The notes: generated by a model from the letters alone, not told the origin. A stretch of 21,831 bases of DNA from Candidatus Phoenicimicrobium oleiphilum (GCA_039638295.1 JBDIWJ010000032.1:1-21831); one strand, 5' to 3'. Shown: positions 1 through 8,430, counted from the first letter of the stretch. Program-made: numbers and translations.

Positions 1-1
1 G

Positions 2-103
2 GAACCTTCTTATTATCTCCAATTGATTAAGAAGATTCCCTTTGAGCTAACCCAAGCAAGTGATAAAAAGGTGGTAGACTTTTATTTGTCATATAACCAG
101 TAA
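2..103 (+). CDS. 3' end of an upstream gene (partial, product unknown)
   Basis: Frame 2 is open from the window edge (EPSYYLQLIKKIPFELTQASDKKVVDFYLSYNQ*) to TAA 101-103, where the heptamer repeat begins. Other genes in the window end the same way. No motif recognised. Confidence 0.45.
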   Translation, partial: EPSYYLQLIKKIPFELTQASDKKVVDFYLSYNQ

Positions 104-161
104 TAAGTAATGAGTAATGAGTAATGAGTAATGAGTTACAGGTGGTAAGTTCTGAGTTTAA
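99..161 (+). repeat. Heptamer tandem array (AGTAATG)n followed by AGTT-type heptamers
   Basis: agtaata, agtaatg x4 (106-133), agttaca, ggtggta, agttctg, agtttaa. Same block succession at 5615-5670. Confidence 0.9.
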
Positions 162-280
162 AACTGAAAATTTATATTTGATACTAACGACTAAATTGGT
201 TGGAGAATTAGCCAATCAAATCATCGGTAAGTTAATATTATACTAATATTAAAAACTAAAAAAGAGGGGGCAAATATTTG

Positions 281-955
281 ATGTTAGAGGTTTTTCAAAA
301 AGGTGGATTCTTAATGTATCCTATTTTTATATGCTCATTGATAGCGCTTACTATTTTTTTTGAAAGGATGTTCTATTTAAAAAGTATTAAAACCAAGAGT
401 AAAAGATTTGTTGTTCGAATTAAGGATTTAATAAGAAAGGGGAACATTGAATTGGCTATCTCTGCATGTCGGAAAAATCCAACTCCAGTATCTATGATTA
501 TGTTAGCTGGTTTAATGAAATATGGTAAAAGTAGAAAGGAGATAAAAGAGGCGATTGAAGATAGTGCAAGCCAAGAAATTCCTCTATTGGAAAAACACCT
601 TTCTACTCTTTCTACTATTGGAAATATTACCCCTTTATTAGGGCTTTTAGGAACAGTATTCGGTATGATCAAGGCATTTAATGTAATTGCGATTATGGGA
701 GTAGGAAAACCTGAGGTTCTTGCTGGGGGGATTTCAGAGGCATTATTAACCACTGCCTTTGGATTATCAGTAGCTATACCCACAATCGTAATTTATAATT
801 ATTTATCTAACCGAGTAGATAAATTGATAAGAGAAATGGAAATAAGTTGTGTAGATCTACTCGATCTTTTAACTAGCCATGATATGAAGGAGTCCACTAG
901 TAAAGATTTTAATCGGGAAGGTGATATAGCCTATGAAGTTTCCTCATCCCAATAA
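281..955 (+). CDS. exbB: MotA/TolQ/ExbB proton channel family protein
   Basis: TM1 MYPIFICSLIALTIFFERM; motifs PLLGLLGTVFGMIKAF and GISEALLTTAFGL. SD-like AGAGGGGG at 263-270. ATG 281 preferred over TTG 278. ExbB versus TolQ not strictly resolvable. Confidence 0.92.
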   Translation: MLEVFQKGGFLMYPIFICSLIALTIFFERMFYLKSIKTKSKRFVVRIKDLIRKGNIELAISACRKNPTPVSMIMLAGLMKYGKSRKEIKEAIEDSASQEIPLLEKHLSTLSTIGNITPLLGLLGTVFGMIKAFNVIAIMGVGKPEVLAGGISEALLTTAFGLSVAIPTIVIYNYLSNRVDKLIREMEISCVDLLDLLTSHDMKESTSKDFNREGDIAYEVSSSQ

Positions 956-1349
956 AAAAAGTGCTAGTTTTGATCTAACTCCATTAATAGATGTAGTTTT
1001 TCTATTATTGATATTTTTTATGTTGACTACTACATTTTTAAATCTGGAAAGTAGGATAAAGGTTAATTTACCCACTGGTGATTTTGCGGCTGCTGAACCA
1101 TCAAAAAATATTACTGTAACTATTGCCGAGAATAATACGATTTATTTTAACGGAAGATTGATAGATCCTTTAAAGATTACTGAAAATGTAGCCACAGAGT
1201 TGAAAAAAGATCCAGAGGGACTAGTGGTATTAGAAGCTGATCAAAATGTGCTTCACGGTAAGGTGGTTAGAGTGATGGATTTGATTAAAAAGGGAGGGGC
1301 AGACAAGATTGCCATTGCCACCAAACCGAGCACGGAAAGTAGTAAATAA
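933..1349 (+). CDS. exbD: ExbD/TolR biopolymer transport protein
   Basis: DLTPLIDVVFLLLIFFM with the conserved TM Asp; C-terminal ADQNVLHGKVVRVMDLIKKGG. Overlaps exbB by 23 nt. Confidence 0.93.
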   Translation: MKFPHPNKKSASFDLTPLIDVVFLLLIFFMLTTTFLNLESRIKVNLPTGDFAAAEPSKNITVTIAENNTIYFNGRLIDPLKITENVATELKKDPEGLVVLEADQNVLHGKVVRVMDLIKKGGADKIAIATKPSTESSK

Positions 1350-1352
1350 GTC

Positions 1353-1688
1353 CGTATCTTGTATTTCGTAAATTGTATCTTGTAAACAAGATAGGAGTCA
1401 GAAGTCAGAATTCAGTATTCAGAATAATCTTAAATATGTATAATACTATATTATTCTGACTCCTTGCTCCTGAATTCTGGATTCTTAATTAGTTTTAAGA
1501 AAAGTTTTGAGTTTTGAATTATGGTTTTTCGTTTTTCGCTTAAATCTTTTAGTTAGTTGGTAATTTAGTTTTTAAAACTAACTAAACAATTAACCAAGTA
1601 ACCCAACTAACTAATGCTAACAACTATTCACTATTCACTAGCGACTAATTTAATTGGAGAATTGGAGAATTGGTAAATAGGTAAATTT
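1353..1688. repeat. Modular intergenic repeat region (heptamer/octamer blocks with nested inverted repeats)
   Basis: YGTAWYT block 1353-1387; AGAAKTC block 1393-1427 and its inverse 1451-1485; perfect 12-bp IR TTAGTTAGTTGG 1549-1560 / CCAACTAACTAA 1603-1614; CTATTCA/CTAGCGA block 1617-1651; AATTGGAG octamers 1652-1683. Confidence 0.88.
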
Positions 1689-1720
1689 ATATATATTATT
1701 ATTAGCTGAGGTGCGAATAA

Positions 1721-3214
1721 TTGATACCCAAATATAGTTATCGAGCAAAACGTCTAAAGCAGACCAAAAAAAGTTTTTTAGGAAGGTCGTTCATAATTTC
1801 AATTGTACTTAATATCATATTATTGTATGCTTTTGGGAGTATGATTGCCTTTGATTTTAAAAAACCTTTACCTGAAGAAGAACTGACCCTGGTTAGTCTG
1901 ATAGAACTCCCTGCCCCCAAACAACCAGAAACTAAGAAACCAGAAATTGTTGAAAAAAGACCTGTTGCTCAATTAGAAGTTCAACCAAAGGTCAAACCAG
2001 TTTTACCTGAACCACCTAAATTAAAGGAAGAAATAACTGAGACTAAAGTAGTAAAGAAAGAAGAATTGACTGAAGGTATACCTAAGGTAGAAGTTAAAAC
2101 TCCTCAAATTGAATCTAAACCTCAATTAGTGGCGCCTCCTCCGCAAACTAGTGAATCTTTAGGTGAGGATATACGTATTTCTACTGAATATTTCAGGCAG
2201 GCTATAGCCAGCAGAAAAGAGGTAAAAGGGGAGATCTTAGAACCGGGAGAATCACAGATTAAGGTTGATTTAGGAGAAAAAGGAAAAGAAAATATTGAAG
2301 CTACCTATGGCACAGTGATTAATCCTGGAGAAATTACTACCCTACCTGAGACCAAGGAGAAAGAATCACCATTTGGGAGTAGACCACTTTCTATTATGGT
2401 GGAAAATTCAGAAGGAGCTCGACCTCAAACAGGTTTAGATAAAGCTAATATTGTTTATGAAATTTTAGCTGAAGGTGGAATAACTAGGTTTTTAGCTGTT
2501 TATTATGATAAGGATGCAGAAGTAGTTGGACCAGTAAGGAGTGCCCGACCTTATTTTATTAGTAAGTCTATGGAGCACCAGTCTATTTATGTCCATGCGG
2601 GAGGGAGTGAGGAGGCTTATAATTTTATAAAAGCAGAAAAAATTGATGATATAAATGAATTTGTAGATTTTCAACCTTTTTGGCGGTCTAAAGACCGAAA
2701 GCCACCCCATAATTTATATACCTCAACTATTGAATTACGCAAAGAAGCCAATAAATTAGGTTATATCGAAATGATAAAGAAAGAGGATTACCAATTTGAA
2801 ACTGATAATAATGAGAAGTTAACTGGTAAACCTACTGATTCTATAGTGATTCCTTATAATCAACATTATATAATTAGTTATAATTATCAACCAGAATCAA
2901 TGAAATATCTAAGATTTTTAAATAATGAGCCTCATATAGATGCTAAGACTAAAGAACAATTATTGGTTGATAATATTGTTATTCAATTTGTGAATACTAA
3001 AGTTATTGACGAAGAAGGACGATTGGCAATGGATTTTGTAGGTGAAGGAAGAGGTTTAATATTTTTTAAAGGTGGCTCTCAAGAGATTATATGGAAGAAA
3101 CAAGATTTAAAGACAAGAACAGTATTTTTAGATAAAGAAGGAAATAGGATAGCTTGTGCTCCAGGGAATATCTGGATCCAAATTGTCCCTTCAAATTTAG
3201 TTATAGAGTATTAA
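1721..3214 (+). CDS. Membrane-anchored DUF3048 (YerB-like) protein with TonB-like N-terminal TM and Pro/Lys/Glu-rich linker
   Basis: TTG start with GAGGTG SD. TM SFIISIVLNIILLYAF, then low-complexity P/K/E linker. From about aa 221: RPLSIMVENSEGARPQTGL..ANIVYEILAEGGITRFLAVY, GPVRSARPYF, YVHAGGS, PHNLY, PGNIWIQIVP, recognised as DUF3048 N and C domains. Confidence 0.85.
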   Translation: MIPKYSYRAKRLKQTKKSFLGRSFIISIVLNIILLYAFGSMIAFDFKKPLPEEELTLVSLIELPAPKQPETKKPEIVEKRPVAQLEVQPKVKPVLPEPPKLKEEITETKVVKKEELTEGIPKVEVKTPQIESKPQLVAPPPQTSESLGEDIRISTEYFRQAIASRKEVKGEILEPGESQIKVDLGEKGKENIEATYGTVINPGEITTLPETKEKESPFGSRPLSIMVENSEGARPQTGLDKANIVYEILAEGGITRFLAVYYDKDAEVVGPVRSARPYFISKSMEHQSIYVHAGGSEEAYNFIKAEKIDDINEFVDFQPFWRSKDRKPPHNLYTSTIELRKEANKLGYIEMIKKEDYQFETDNNEKLTGKPTDSIVIPYNQHYIISYNYQPESMKYLRFLNNEPHIDAKTKEQLLVDNIVIQFVNTKVIDEEGRLAMDFVGEGRGLIFFKGGSQEIIWKKQDLKTRTVFLDKEGNRIACAPGNIWIQIVPSNLVIEY

Positions 3215-3249
3215 ATGTAAACAAAGGTGCCTGGCACCTTTGTTTACAT
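3215..3249. repeat. Perfect 35-bp palindrome (17-bp arms, 1-nt centre); possible bidirectional terminator or REP-like element
   Basis: ATGTAAACAAAGGTGCC-T-GGCACCTTTGTTTACAT, directly after the DUF3048 gene stop. Confidence 0.85.
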
Positions 3250-3264
3250 AAATTTGTTGATAAA

Positions 3265-4167
3265 ATGAATAAAAAAAAATTAGAAGAAATTTTAGAGGAT
3301 TTTTTGGATTATCTGTATGTGGAAAGAGGGCTGGCAAAAAATACCATAATTGCTTATAGATATGATCTAATAAAATATATTCATTTCTTAAAAGAAAATA
3401 AGATACGCTCTTTTAACCTCACTAACAAAGAATTAATTAATAATTATTTTATTTATCTAAAAAGAGAAGGATTAGGAATTAATTCGATTTCCAGAAATTT
3501 AGTTGCTATAAAAATATTTTATCGTTTTATGTTAGCGGAAGGTTTTATTAAGGAAGATATTAGCAGTTTAATTGAATTTCCTCGAGTAAGTAAAAAACTT
3601 CCACAAGTTTTAAGCCTAAGAGAGATAAATATTTTGTTAGCTGATAACAATTTTCAGGGTGATTTAGGACAAAGGGATAAGGCAATTCTGGAATTACTTT
3701 ATGCTACTGGAATGAGGGTATCAGAATTGATAAACTTGAAGGTTGATGATATAAATGTAGAAAATCAGATGTTAAAGTGTTTAGGGAAAGGCTCTAAAGA
3801 GCGAATAATCCCTTTTGGTAACAAAGCCAATCAATCTTTAATTTTATATCTTAGAAAAGTTAGAGGAAAATTAGTTAAAGACCCCAGAGAGACAACTTTA
3901 TTTCTAAATAATAGAGGAAAAAAGCTTTCGCGACAGGGGATTTTTTATTTGATAAAGCAGTATGTAAGTAAAGCAGGACTGAATAAAAGAATTACTCCCC
4001 ATACCTTAAGACATACTTTAGCTACTCATCTATTAGAAAATGGGGCTGATTTAAGATCGGTTCAGGAAATGTTGGGTCATTCAGATATTTCTACTACTCA
4101 GATTTATACTCATGTAAGCAGAAAGTGGATTAAAGAGGAATATTATAGAGCTTTTCCGCGAACATAA
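3265..4167 (+). CDS. xerD: Site-specific tyrosine recombinase XerD
   Basis: YLYVERGLAKNTIIAYRYDL N-domain; catalytic motifs LYATGMRVSEL, GKGSKER, TPHTLRH, VQEMLGH, TTQIYTH. Start moved from 3154 to ATG 3265 (300 aa). Confidence 0.92.
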   Translation: MNKKKLEEILEDFLDYLYVERGLAKNTIIAYRYDLIKYIHFLKENKIRSFNLTNKELINNYFIYLKREGLGINSISRNLVAIKIFYRFMLAEGFIKEDISSLIEFPRVSKKLPQVLSLREINILLADNNFQGDLGQRDKAILELLYATGMRVSELINLKVDDINVENQMLKCLGKGSKERIIPFGNKANQSLILYLRKVRGKLVKDPRETTLFLNNRGKKLSRQGIFYLIKQYVSKAGLNKRITPHTLRHTLATHLLENGADLRSVQEMLGHSDISTTQIYTHVSRKWIKEEYYRAFPRT

Positions 4168-4212
4168 ATTAGTCGTTAGTCGTTAGTTGTCAACTATTCA
4201 CTAACGGCTGAT
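4168..4212. repeat. Minimal inverted-repeat element made only of the two terminal heptamer arms
   Basis: ATTAGTCGTTAGTCGTTAGTTG (4168-4189) / CAACTATTCACTAACGGCTGAT (4191-4212): 17 Watson-Crick pairs, 2 U-G pairs, one 3-nt internal mismatch. Confidence 0.85.
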
Positions 4213-4245
4213 TAATTAAATCCGAAAGAGGGAGGATTAGTAAAA

Positions 4246-5070
4246 ATGGTAGATTTAAAAGCAAAAATTGCAGAAAGTGTTGAATACATTGATCAAAAAA
4301 CTAAGGTTAGACCAAAAATTGCTATTATTTTAGGAACTGGATTGGGAAGATTAGCCGAAGATATTGAGGAAAAAGAAATTATCCCTTATAGTAATATACC
4401 TAATTTTCCTGTTTCTACGGTAAAGAGTCATAGTGGAAACTTGGTTTTAGGAAAATTAGGAAATAAAGAAGTAGTCGCCATGCAAGGTAGGTTTCATTAT
4501 TACGAAGGTTATAGTTTGCAAGAAGTAACTTTTCCGGTGAGGGTTATGAAAAAGTTGGGGGCAGATACAATTATTATTTCGAATGCGGCAGGGGGGATGA
4601 ACCGCTTCTTTAAAAGAGGGGATTTAATGCTTATTACTGATCATATAAACTTATTCGGTAATAATCCCTTAATTGGTCCCAATGATGAAGAATTAGGACC
4701 AAGATTTCCAGATATGTCTGAGGCATACAATCGACAGCTTATTGAATTAGCCCTGAAAGTAGCAGTAAAGGAAAAAATTAAATTGCATCAGGGGATATAT
4801 GTAGGTTTAACCGGTCCCACCTTGGAAACACCTGCAGAGTATAGATTTTTAATAAAAATTGGGGCAGATGCAGTTGGCATGTCTACGGTCCCAGAAGTCA
4901 TAGTTGCAAATCATATGGGGATGAAAGTCTTGGGGATTTCATGTATCACCGATTTAGCTATAGATGGTGTAATAGTTAAAACTAGTGTAGAAGAAATTTT
5001 AGAAGCTGCGTCTAAGGCAGAGCCCATTATGACTAAATTAGTAAAAAAGGTGATCGAGAAAATTGATTAG
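4246..5070 (+). CDS. punA: Purine-nucleoside phosphorylase (trimeric PNP/PunA family)
   Basis: IILGTGLG, MQGRFHYYEGY, SNAAGG, ITDHIN, GPRFPDMS, GPTLETPAEYR, DAVGMSTVPE; SD GGGAGG. Confidence 0.93.
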   Translation: MVDLKAKIAESVEYIDQKTKVRPKIAIILGTGLGRLAEDIEEKEIIPYSNIPNFPVSTVKSHSGNLVLGKLGNKEVVAMQGRFHYYEGYSLQEVTFPVRVMKKLGADTIIISNAAGGMNRFFKRGDLMLITDHINLFGNNPLIGPNDEELGPRFPDMSEAYNRQLIELALKVAVKEKIKLHQGIYVGLTGPTLETPAEYRFLIKIGADAVGMSTVPEVIVANHMGMKVLGISCITDLAIDGVIVKTSVEEILEAASKAEPIMTKLVKKVIEKID

Positions 5071-5518
5071 TAATGGTTTAAGGATAGCTTTTCTGTCCGC
5101 TTTACCCCTTACTGAATTAAGAGGGGCAATTCCTTTAGCTTTAGCAATTTATAAAATGCCCGTGTTTCAAGCTTATAGCTTTGCAGTGTTGGGGAATATA
5201 GCACCGGCAATTTTTTTATTATTATATTTAAAACCTTTTTCGGAGTATTTATGTCAATGGTCTTTATTTAATAAATTTTTTCAATGGCTATTTAAAAGGA
5301 CCCGCCGGCATGAAAAAAAATATGAGAAGTATGGTGCTATATTTTTATTATTCTTCGTGGCAACTCCACTACCGATGACTGGAGCTTGGACTGGTTCAGT
5401 TGCAGCATTTGTCTTTGGAATAAGATTTTGGTATGCTTTTCCTACTATAGTAGGCGGAATTTTGATAGCAGGAATACTTGTTACTTTAGCTAGCTTGGGA
5501 ATAATTGGTTTTATTTAA
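5063..5518 (+). CDS. Small multidrug export-like membrane protein (COG2426)
   Basis: LSALPLTELRGAIP and FVATPLPMTGAWTGS motifs, about four TM segments. TTG start overlaps the punA end. Confidence 0.82.
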   Translation: MISNGLRIAFLSALPLTELRGAIPLALAIYKMPVFQAYSFAVLGNIAPAIFLLLYLKPFSEYLCQWSLFNKFFQWLFKRTRRHEKKYEKYGAIFLLFFVATPLPMTGAWTGSVAAFVFGIRFWYAFPTIVGGILIAGILVTLASLGIIGFI

Positions 5519-5522
5519 GATA

Positions 5523-5799
5523 GTATCGGGTATCGCGTATTGAGTATCGCGTGAAAAAATAGAAGTCAGTAGTCAGAGTCCAGTATTCAGAATGTTGAAT
5601 AGCGGATAGGATATAGTAATAAGTGATGAGTAATGTGTAATAGGTTGATAGTTGCAAGTTACGAGTTTAAATAAAGGAAGCAATTGCGTATTACCTGCCG
5701 TATTGACCGGTAGACTTGAGGACTGAGTGACTGGTAGACAGGTAAACCGGGTAAATGGCTAACTAAATACTAAATACTAACTAATGACTATATACTATA
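5523..5799. repeat. Modular intergenic repeat region with seven successive short-repeat blocks
   Basis: GTATCGC 5523-5550; AGAAGTC 5561-5593; ATAGCGG 5599-5614; AGTAATG 5615-5642; AGTTRCR 5643-5670; octamers ACYGGTAG-like 5706-5761; ACTAAAT/ACTAATG arm 5762-5799. Confidence 0.88.
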
Positions 5800-5816
5800 G
5801 AAGAAGAGGATAAAAG

Positions 5817-6848
5817 ATGAGAACTATAGAATGGAAAGAAGGGAAGGTTTTTTTAATTGACCAACGAAAACTTCCCTTAAAATTTGAAGTAATTAATTGT
5901 TCTAATTATCAAGAAATAGCTAAGGCGATCAGAAAAATGAAGATTAGAGGTGCCCCAGCTATTGGAGTAGCTGCTGCCTATGGTATGGCTTTGGCAGCTA
6001 ATTCTTCAAAAGCAAAAAGTTATGAAAAATTTATTAAGGATATGGAAAAAGCAAGAGATTATTTAGCTTGTTCTCGTCCTACTGCAGTCAATTTATTTTG
6101 GGCTATGGATAGGATAATGAAATTAGTAAAAACTAAAAGAGATATAAGTCTTTTAAGATTAAAACACTTAGTTTTACAGGAAGCAAGAAACATCGAGCAG
6201 GAAGATGTTGAAATAAATAAGACCATCGGAAGATATGGCTCTACGCTTATAAAAGACGGAGATAATATTTTAACTCATTGTAATGCTGGAGCTTTAGCTA
6301 CTGCAGATTATGGCACAGCCTTGGGAATAATTCGAACTGCTTTTGCAGAGGGGAAGAAAATACACGTCTATGTCGATGAAACCAGGCCTGTTTTACAAGG
6401 AGCTAGACTTACAGCTTGGGAATTGATGCAGGAGAGAATACCTTTTACATTAATTACAGATAATATGGCTGGTTTTTTAATGTTAAAAAATAAAGTGAAT
6501 TTGGTTATAGTAGGAGCGGACCGCATTGCCCTTAATGGTGATGTGGTCAATAAGATTGGCACTTATTCTTTGTCAGTATTAGCCAAAGAAAATTCTGTCC
6601 CCTTTTTTGTAGCTGCTCCTTTATCAACTATAGATACCTCTTTAGAATCAGGGGAAGAAATTCCTATTGAAGAAAGAGATCCTCAGGAGGTTACTAAAAT
6701 TTTGGGAAAACAGATAGCCCCTATGGGGGTAAAGGTTTTTAATCCTGCTTTTGACCTTACTCCTAATCGTTATGTAGAGGCTATTATTACTGAAAAGGGG
6801 ATTATTAAGAAACCCTTTAAGGAAAATGTCAAATTAGTCGTTAGTTAG
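5817..6848 (+). CDS. mtnA: S-methyl-5-thioribose-1-phosphate isomerase
   Basis: IDQRKLP, IRGAPAIG, SRPTAVNL, LTHCNAGALAT, DETRPVLQG, GADRI, NKIGT, FNPAFD. Confidence 0.96.
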   Translation: MRTIEWKEGKVFLIDQRKLPLKFEVINCSNYQEIAKAIRKMKIRGAPAIGVAAAYGMALAANSSKAKSYEKFIKDMEKARDYLACSRPTAVNLFWAMDRIMKLVKTKRDISLLRLKHLVLQEARNIEQEDVEINKTIGRYGSTLIKDGDNILTHCNAGALATADYGTALGIIRTAFAEGKKIHVYVDETRPVLQGARLTAWELMQERIPFTLITDNMAGFLMLKNKVNLVIVGADRIALNGDVVNKIGTYSLSVLAKENSVPFFVAAPLSTIDTSLESGEEIPIEERDPQEVTKILGKQIAPMGVKVFNPAFDLTPNRYVEAIITEKGIIKKPFKENVKLVVS

Positions 6849-6992
6849 TCTTAGTGAATAGTGAATAGTAAAGAAAAAAGAAAAGAAGTTAGAATATTAG
6901 ATAGCGTAGAGCGTATAGGCGCAGGTGTATAGTGCAAGCAAAGAAAGTTACAATATTATCGAATAGAAGTCAGGATCTTAAACGACTAAATA
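6835..6992. repeat. Intergenic repeat element (left arm overlaps mtnA stop; short right arm before murA RBS)
   Basis: TAGTCGTTAGTTAGTCTTAGTGAATAGTGAATAGT 6835-6869; ATAGCGTAGAGCGTATA 6901-6918; AACGACTAAAT at about 6981-6991. Confidence 0.8.
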
Positions 6993-7005
6993 AAGGAGGA
7001 GAAAA

Positions 7006-8271
7006 TTGGATTCAGAGAAATTTATTATTACTGGAGGAAAAAGGTTAGAGGGCAGTATTGAAATAGCTGGTGCAAAAAATTCTGCCTTATCTATTATGGC
7101 TGCTACTTTATTAACTAAAGAAGTATGCATTTTGAGAAATGTTCCTCGTCTTACTGATGTTGATACTATGGCTGAGGTAATAAGGACACTGGGCGTTAAG
7201 GTGGAGTGGAAGGGAGATAATAACACGCTTTATATTGATTCTGATAATTTCAATAATTATGAAGCACCTTATGATCTGGTAAAGAAGATGAGGGCTTCTT
7301 TTTTAGTTATGGGGCCACTTTTGGCTCGTTTAAAGAAAGCGAAAATATCTTTACCGGGTGGCTGTTCTATCGGTGCTCGTCCAGTTGATTTTCATATAAA
7401 AGGTTTCGAAGCTTTGGGTGCTAAGGTTGAGGTGGAAAAAGGTTATATCGAAGCAGAGGTTAATAAATTGAAGGGTGATGATATATATTTGGATTTCCCT
7501 AGTCTGGGTGCAACCGAGAATATAATGATGGCTGCCTCCCTGGCTGAAGGGATTACCAAAATAGAAAATGCTGCTAAGGACCCTGAAGTAGTAGAATTGG
7601 GAAATTGTTTAATAAAGATGGGAGCGAAAATAGAGGGTTTAGGAACCGACTTGATTACTATAGAAGGGGTAAAAAAATTAAATGGAGTTGATTACGATAT
7701 AATTTCTGACCGAATAGAAGCAGGTACCTATATGATAGCAGCAGCTATAACAAGAGGAGATGTCTTAATAAAAAAAATTGACCCTTTATTACTAAAGCCC
7801 GTAATAGTAAAATTAGAAGAAGCTGGAGTAAAAATCAAATTAAATAAGAATTCAATCAGGGTAATAGGACCAAATAGGGTTAATGCTGTGGATATTAAAA
7901 CTTTACCCTTTCCTGGATTTCCCACGGATATGCAGCCTCAGTTTATGGCTTTGGCTTGTGTAGCAAGGGGAACCAGTGTTATTACTGAGACTGTATTTGA
8001 GAATAGGTTTGCTCACACCGGTGATATGATAAGAATGGGAGCAGATATTAAAGTTGAAGGGCACAGTGCTATTGTTAAAGGTGTAAAAAAATTGAGTGCT
8101 GCTCCAGTAATGGCCTCGGATTTAAGAGGAGGAGCGGCACTGGTGTTAGCTGGTTTAGTAGCAGAAGGAACTACTGAATTGAGCAGAATCTATCATTTAG
8201 ATAGAGGATATATAGATTTAGAAGGTAAGCTAACTTCTTTAGGAGCGAATATTTGCCGAGTTAAAGAATAA
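7006..8271 (+). CDS. murA: UDP-N-acetylglucosamine 1-carboxyvinyltransferase
   Basis: GAKNSAL, KMRAS, LPGGCSIGARPVDFH (catalytic Cys), DRIEAGT, PGFPTDMQ, FENRF, SDLRGG, LDRGY. TTG start with AAGGAGG SD. Confidence 0.97.
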   Translation: MDSEKFIITGGKRLEGSIEIAGAKNSALSIMAATLLTKEVCILRNVPRLTDVDTMAEVIRTLGVKVEWKGDNNTLYIDSDNFNNYEAPYDLVKKMRASFLVMGPLLARLKKAKISLPGGCSIGARPVDFHIKGFEALGAKVEVEKGYIEAEVNKLKGDDIYLDFPSLGATENIMMAASLAEGITKIENAAKDPEVVELGNCLIKMGAKIEGLGTDLITIEGVKKLNGVDYDIISDRIEAGTYMIAAAITRGDVLIKKIDPLLLKPVIVKLEEAGVKIKLNKNSIRVIGPNRVNAVDIKTLPFPGFPTDMQPQFMALACVARGTSVITETVFENRFAHTGDMIRMGADIKVEGHSAIVKGVKKLSAAPVMASDLRGGAALVLAGLVAEGTTELSRIYHLDRGYIDLEGKLTSLGANICRVKE

Positions 8272-8273
8272 TA

Positions 8274-8408
8274 TAGTCGTTAGTATTTAGTGAATAATAT
8301 TTAGTTTATATTAAATAAAAGCAAAAAATTGTGTAACTGTAAATTAAATAACTAATAAGTTTTAAAAAGGATTTTAACTAACGTCTAACGACTATTCAAT
8401 AATAACTA
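8274..8408. repeat. Intergenic repeat element with inverted heptamer arms
   Basis: Left TAGTCGTTAGTATTTAGTGAATAATATTTAGT 8274-8305; right ACTAACGTCTAACGACTATTCAATAATAACTA 8377-8408, followed by GGGAGG SD. Confidence 0.82.
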
Positions 8409-8430
8409 AAAAAGGGAGGAGAAAAATAAT

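Noticed and set aside
27..215. 62-aa minus-strand ORF
   Set aside because: It is the translation of the heptamer repeat (LLITHYSLLIT), antisense to the local gene direction, with no recognisable domain.
3215..3249. Palindrome as a dif site
   Set aside because: Lacks the 11-6-11 layout and the TTATGTTAAA-like XerD arm.
3154..3264. N-terminal extension of xerD in the ORF track
   Set aside because: Overlaps the upstream gene and the palindrome; XerD similarity begins at Met 3265.
3265..4167. Tyrosine recombinase as a prophage, island or integron integrase
   Set aside because: Length and motifs are XerD-like, xerD next to punA is a familiar chromosomal arrangement, and no phage genes, att/tRNA site or IntI-type insertion are visible. 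No evidence links it to the repeats.
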